A stretch of DNA of 64,000 nt from Chromatiales bacterium (GTDB lineage: Bacteria; Pseudomonadota; Gammaproteobacteria; UBA6429; Thiohalophilaceae): positions 16,434-80,433 of the forward strand of contig JALVOC010000172.1 of the NCBI GenBank assembly GCA_027032075.1, in the 5' to 3' direction. How positions within the stretch are numbered: the stretch's first letter is position 1; each line of letters begins with the position of its first letter. The translations under genes were made by a program, and so were the position numbers. Under the pieces are notes generated by a model. That model worked only from the letters and a program-made list of their open reading frames with translations. It did not search any database and was not told where the DNA came from. Shown here in pieces: positions 59,773 through 64,000 of the stretch.

Positions 59773-61083
59773 TCAGCTATAGGGGATACGCAGCACCTTG
59801 CCCACTTTCAGGCGATCACTGCGCAAACCGTTATGCCGACGCAGCGCGCTGACACTGACACGATAGCGGACCGCAATGGCCGACAAGGTATCGCCCCGGG
59901 AAATGACGTGGCGGCGAGGGGCTGCCGCCAACAGGGTGCCGGGCGGTGGATTTGCACGGAAATAACTGCGTATGCCTTTAAGAATGGCTCTTGCCAGCGC
60001 CTGTTGATGTCGCCGCGAACGCAGTTTGCGTTCTTCTGCCGGATTGGAGATAAATGCGGTTTCAACCAGGATGGAAGGCACATCGGGCGCCTTGAGTACG
60101 CGGAAGGCGGCCTGCTCAACTCTTTTCTTGTGCAGGGTATTCACACGGCGAAGATCCCGTAACACCCTGGCGGCGACATCGTGACTCTCTTCCACGGTGG
60201 CGTTCTTTACCATGTCCACCAGAACCAGTTTGAGCAGATCATCCTTGTCCTCCAGGCTCACACCACCAATCAAATCGGCGTTGTTTTCACTTTCTGCCAG
60301 AAAACGGGCCGCCTCACTGCTGCTGGCCCCCCGATCCGACAGGACGAATACCGAGGAGCCTTGCGCGTGGCTGTTTTTGAAGGCGTCCGCATGGATGGAG
60401 ACGAAGAGATCGGCACGTTGCAGGCGCGCTTTTTTTACCCGATCGCGCAGACTGACATAGTAATCACCTTTTCGGATCATCACCGGCCGCATACCCGGCT
60501 CCTTACGCACCAGGGCGGCCAGCTTGCGGGCGATCGCCAGCACCACATCTTTCTCCTTGGTGCCACGGCGGCCGCTGGCACCGGGATCCTCCCCGCCATG
60601 GCCGGCATCGATGGCAATAATGATATCGCGCGGCCGGCTGGAGTTTGCAGGAACCTGCGGACGGGGCTTGGCCACCGGCCGTTTGTTATTGTCATACAGA
60701 TCGATCACCAGGCGATGCCCGTATTCACCATGGGGTTTGAGGATGAAGCTCTTGGGACGCACGTGGTTACGCAAATCGAGGACGAAACGCAGGCCGTTAC
60801 CGTCCCGCTGGGCATAACGTATGTTTCGCACGATCGATTTACTGAAATCAAAGCGAGGCAGATTACTGGGGAAACGGCTGTTCTTCAGATCGATTACAAT
60901 GCGATCGGGCGCTTTCAGCGTGAACAGGTTGTGTTCAACCGGCGCGCTGAGATCGAATACCAGGCGGGTGTTATCCGGCGCCGTCCACATGCGCACCCCC
61001 TGTACCTGAACGGCTGCCTGGGCCTGTGTCGCCAAAACGGACACGAGCCACAGCCAGATAATCCGTTTACCCAAAGCCAACAT
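59773..61083 (-). CDS. amiB: N-acetylmuramoyl-L-alanine amidase (AMIN + Amidase_3 + LysM)
   Basis: Signal peptide, AIDAGHGGEDPGA motif and a C-terminal LysM (ISRGDTLSAIAVRYRVSVSALRRHNGL). The symbol is assigned by tsaE-amiB-mutL synteny. Confidence 0.88.
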   Translation of the reverse strand: MLALGKRIIWLWLVSVLATQAQAAVQVQGVRMWTAPDNTRLVFDLSAPVEHNLFTLKAPDRIVIDLKNSRFPSNLPRFDFSKSIVRNIRYAQRDGNGLRFVLDLRNHVRPKSFILKPHGEYGHRLVIDLYDNNKRPVAKPRPQVPANSSRPRDIIIAIDAGHGGEDPGASGRRGTKEKDVVLAIARKLAALVRKEPGMRPVMIRKGDYYVSLRDRVKKARLQRADLFVSIHADAFKNSHAQGSSVFVLSDRGASSSEAARFLAESENNADLIGGVSLEDKDDLLKLVLVDMVKNATVEESHDVAARVLRDLRRVNTLHKKRVEQAAFRVLKAPDVPSILVETAFISNPAEERKLRSRRHQQALARAILKGIRSYFRANPPPGTLLAAAPRRHVISRGDTLSAIAVRYRVSVSALRRHNGLRSDRLKVGKVLRIPYS

Positions 61084-61281
61084 AGAGATTCCTCTTGATT
61101 CTTGCTGTTTTTAAATTCGCTTCGAACGGAACGCCACCCCCGGGGTGGGCCCTCCGCCCGGATTTTGGGATCCCTTGCTTTTTTAATGTGGCACGGGGAA
61201 CCAGAAATTGCAAGTAAATTTCTATAAAAGTTAATGGGATAGAGGGTTTTTCTAGAGACAATTCTAGGAAATGGAGCACAT

Positions 61282-61764
61282 TTATGAGGCGTCGGGCAGC
61301 AGCGGTTTCAAGGCTTCGAGAACTGCTTCACCGCAGGGGCTGCTGGCCAGCAGCCTTGCCTGTCGACCCGCCCCGGACGGTTGCAGACTGACAACCAGAT
61401 CGGCCGGCGGTAACCAGCCCGCACCTTTTTCCGGCCACTCAATCAGGCAGACAGACTCACTGGAGAAATAATCCCGGCCACCGAGGTATTCCAGTTCCTC
61501 AGGATCGGCCAGACGATAGAGGTCGAAATGAAACACCGCACAGGGCGTACCGGCGATATCGAGTTCATAGGGTTCAACCAGGGCGTAGGTCGGGCTTTTC
61601 ACCGCGCCTTTATGTCCCAATGCCTGTAAAAAACCGCGTACCAGGGTGGTTTTACCTGCGCCCAGATCCCCTTTCAGGAAAATGACCATGCCGGGCGTGA
61701 TCTGCGCCGCCAGCCGGGAACCCAGCACCAGCGTGGCTGTTTCATCTGGCAGAAAACATTCCAT
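61282..61764 (-). CDS. tsaE: tRNA t6A biosynthesis ATPase TsaE
   Basis: Walker A: GDLGAGKTTLVRG. 160 aa. Confidence 0.88.
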   Translation of the reverse strand: MECFLPDETATLVLGSRLAAQITPGMVIFLKGDLGAGKTTLVRGFLQALGHKGAVKSPTYALVEPYELDIAGTPCAVFHFDLYRLADPEELEYLGGRDYFSSESVCLIEWPEKGAGWLPPADLVVSLQPSGAGRQARLLASSPCGEAVLEALKPLLPDAS

Positions 61765-61779
61765 CAGGAGGGGTACCGC

Positions 61780-63261
61780 TTATGGATTCACCAGGCGCCG
61801 CAGAGGGCTCATGATGTCCCCGGCCAGCAAACCCCGCACCCCGATACCGCGGATGGCCAAATCGCCTGCTTCCGCATGCAGGCACACACCCAGCCGGGCT
61901 GCCTCCGCCTGCCCCATTCCCTGTGCCACCAAAGCGGCGATGACACCCGTGAGAACATCCCCCATCCCGGCACTGGCCATGCCGGGATTACCGGCAGTGC
62001 AAAGCCCCGGCTTCTCACCAGGATGTTTCACCAAGGAACCCGCTCCCTTGAGCACAACGGTGGCATCATATTTCTCCACCAGTTTCGATACGGCGGCAAA
62101 ACGATCCTGCTGTACCTCTGCGGTACCGGTATGCAGCAGATGGGCGGCTTCACCGGGATGTGGGGTCAGAATCCAGTCCTTGCGCTCAATCTCGATCTTG
62201 GCCAGCAACTTCAATGCATCGGCATCCACGACCAGCGGCAGATTACGCGCCATGGCGATCGACAACATTTCCCGCGCCCAGTCATCCTGCCCCAAACCGG
62301 GACCGATGGCGATCACCGTCGCCCGGGCGGAGAGGGCCTTGAGTGCATCGCCTGATTCTATGCCGTGGCACATCAGTTCCGGCCGGGTGGCGCTCAACTG
62401 CGCGGCATGTTTCCGCCGGGTAGCGATACTCACCAGGCCCGCACCACTGCGCAGCGCCGCCTCACCTGCAAGACGGGCCGCGCCTGACATTCCTTTGTTG
62501 CCCCCCACGATCAGCACATGACCAAAATCCCCTTTGTGGGCGGTACGCTCGCGCGGCTTGAGGTGATGTTTCAGCTCATCGTAGGCCAGCAGGGTGGCGG
62601 CAGGTTCGAGCCGCTCGAAAACAGCGGCCGGCAGGTTGAGATCGTCAAACAGGATTTTGCCGCAATAATCGGGACCCTTGCCGATCATCATTCCCTGTTT
62701 AAGCCCGATAAAGCTCACGGTGCAATCGGCCCTGACCGCCAGACCGCAAGGCATCCCCGTATCGGCATTCAGGCCGGAGGGGATATCAACCGCCAGCACA
62801 GGCGCAGGACTGGCGTTGATCGCCTCAATCGCCTGACGGAACGGCGCACGCACTTCCCCGCTCAGGCCCGTACCCAACAAGGCATCGACAATCACGTCAT
62901 AGTCGTCCAGGGATTGCTCTGTGTATGCCACCGGCGACAAATCCACGCCCTGCATCCGCTGCAGGGCGGCCAGTGCATCACCCTGGATGCGCACCGGCTC
63001 CCCCACCTGGTAGACAGTGACATTCAGCCCTTGCTCGTATGCCAGACGGGCAATCACGAAACCATCCCCGCCGTTATTCCCGCTTCCGCACATCACGGCG
63101 ATACGGCTGGCGTCCGGCCAGGTCTGGCGTAATATATTGAACGCGGCATCACCCGCCCGTTCCATCAGGATATTGGCGGAAATACCAAACTCCTCGATCG
63201 CCAGACGATCCAGCTCCCGCGTCTGTTCCGCACGATAGAGGTTAGGGGGTAATTGCTTCAT
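61780..63261 (-). CDS. nnr: Bifunctional NAD(P)H-hydrate epimerase/dehydratase
   Basis: YjeF N-terminal domain (GSGNNGGDG) plus a carbohydrate-kinase-like C-terminal domain (GGNKGMSGAARL, GNPGMASAGMGDVLTG). Confidence 0.9.
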   Translation of the reverse strand: MKQLPPNLYRAEQTRELDRLAIEEFGISANILMERAGDAAFNILRQTWPDASRIAVMCGSGNNGGDGFVIARLAYEQGLNVTVYQVGEPVRIQGDALAALQRMQGVDLSPVAYTEQSLDDYDVIVDALLGTGLSGEVRAPFRQAIEAINASPAPVLAVDIPSGLNADTGMPCGLAVRADCTVSFIGLKQGMMIGKGPDYCGKILFDDLNLPAAVFERLEPAATLLAYDELKHHLKPRERTAHKGDFGHVLIVGGNKGMSGAARLAGEAALRSGAGLVSIATRRKHAAQLSATRPELMCHGIESGDALKALSARATVIAIGPGLGQDDWAREMLSIAMARNLPLVVDADALKLLAKIEIERKDWILTPHPGEAAHLLHTGTAEVQQDRFAAVSKLVEKYDATVVLKGAGSLVKHPGEKPGLCTAGNPGMASAGMGDVLTGVIAALVAQGMGQAEAARLGVCLHAEAGDLAIRGIGVRGLLAGDIMSPLRRLVNP

Positions 63262-63298
63262 GGCGTTATGATAACGTTTTATGCGGGTGTCTCAATAC

Positions 63299-64000
63299 AT
63301 GTCTTCTCAATTAAACCCACAGCAATTGAATAAACTCGCGGCTCAGATCAAACGCTGGAGCCGGGATCTGGGTTTTCAGCATGCGGGAATTACCGATACC
63401 GACTTGTCCGGGGCGGAGCGCAAACTGTCAGACTGGCTCGATCGTGGTTATCACGGTGAGATGGACTGGATGGCCCGCCATGGCAGCCTGCGCAGCCGGC
63501 CGGCTGAATTACTCCCCGGCACGCAGCGTATTATCAGTGTACGCATGGATTATTTGCCCAAAGAAAGCAGTGATGCCAAAAGCGTATTACACAACGATCA
63601 ACTTGGATATATTTCCCGTTATGCCCTTGGACGGGATTACCACAAAATCATGCGGCGGCGACTGCAAAAACTCGCCGAACTTATTCGTGAAGCGGTGGGT
63701 CCTTTTGATTATCGCGCCTTCGTTGACAGTGCCCCCGTACTGGAAAAGCCTCTGGCGCAAAAAGCCGGTCTGGGCTGGATTGGCAAACACACCAATGTGT
63801 TAAGCCGGGAGGCAGGCTCCTGGTTTTTCCTGGGTGAGTTGTACACCAACCTGCCCTTGCCCGTGGATCAACCGGTGAGCAATCATTGCGGCAGCTGCGA
63901 AGCGTGTATCACCACCTGCCCGACCGGAGCAATCGTATCGCCTTACTGTGTTGACGCCCGCCTGTGTATTTCCTATCTGACAATCGAACACAAAGGCAGC
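63299..64000 (+). CDS. queG: Epoxyqueuosine reductase (5' part; runs off the window)
   Basis: Open frame from the ATG at 63299 to the window end, so it is not in the ORF track (no stop). MSSQLNPQQL...GYHGEMDWMARH...GLGWIGKHTNV...NHCGSCEACITTCPTGAI. Confidence 0.88.
   Translation, partial: MSSQLNPQQLNKLAAQIKRWSRDLGFQHAGITDTDLSGAERKLSDWLDRGYHGEMDWMARHGSLRSRPAELLPGTQRIISVRMDYLPKESSDAKSVLHNDQLGYISRYALGRDYHKIMRRRLQKLAELIREAVGPFDYRAFVDSAPVLEKPLAQKAGLGWIGKHTNVLSREAGSWFFLGELYTNLPLPVDQPVSNHCGSCEACITTCPTGAIVSPYCVDARLCISYLTIEHKGS

Noticed and set aside
61084-61281. A 198-bp gap between tsaE and amiB containing the palindromes ccacccc-c-ggggtgg and tctaga..tctaga, plus a ggcgttccg-like motif.
   Set aside because: The palindromes are too short and have loops too small for a convincing structure. 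The resemblance to the repeat terminal motif is only about 9 nt. This is most simply an internal promoter or spacer region.

Overview
This 64-kb window looks like part of a gammaproteobacterial-type chromosome. That is inferred only from gene content and E. coli-like synteny; the taxon cannot be determined here. I found no rRNA, tRNA, CRISPR array, transposase or integrase.

The right end (50.2-64 kb) is an ordinary housekeeping block: queG <> nnr-tsaE-amiB-mutL-miaA-hfq-hflX-hflK-hflC-DUF2065-hisZ-purA.

The rest is patchy accessory DNA:
- a YeeE/YedE sulfur-transport pair and an ankyrin protein
- an lpxC homologue outside any cell-division context
- AraC, CspA and a LuxR-alpha/beta-hydrolase fusion
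- two large divergent surface lipoproteins
- a beta-CASP MBL hydrolase and cbpA-cbpM
- an orphan M15 endolysin plus holin-like pair, and a lipase-like lipoprotein
- a P-type ATPase, two chemoreceptors and a Tat-exported Cys-rich four-helix-bundle protein
- a PRTase-ahcY-pcm operon
- a ttrSR/ttrBCA-like tetrathionate reductase cluster and a NodU/CmcH carbamoyltransferase

Two things stand out.

1. A six-gene, co-directional, envelope-targeted operon lies at 31.5-37.9 kb. It encodes an M48-TPR protease, a divergent sigma-like protein, a zf-HC2 anti-sigma, an exported orthocaspase with an intact His/Cys dyad, a small OM beta-barrel and a DUF4384 protein. I do not recognise it as a described system.

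2. A modular family of structured, non-autonomous intergenic repeats occurs at six or more loci (2.3, 13.6, 15.6, 26.3-26.7, 29.4 and 40.5 kb). Two inverted copies bracket a chemoreceptor gene. They share a 67/68-identical core inside 20-bp stems that differ at 8-9 positions yet remain complementary.

All identities and motif matches were counted by eye from the sequence. No database search was run.
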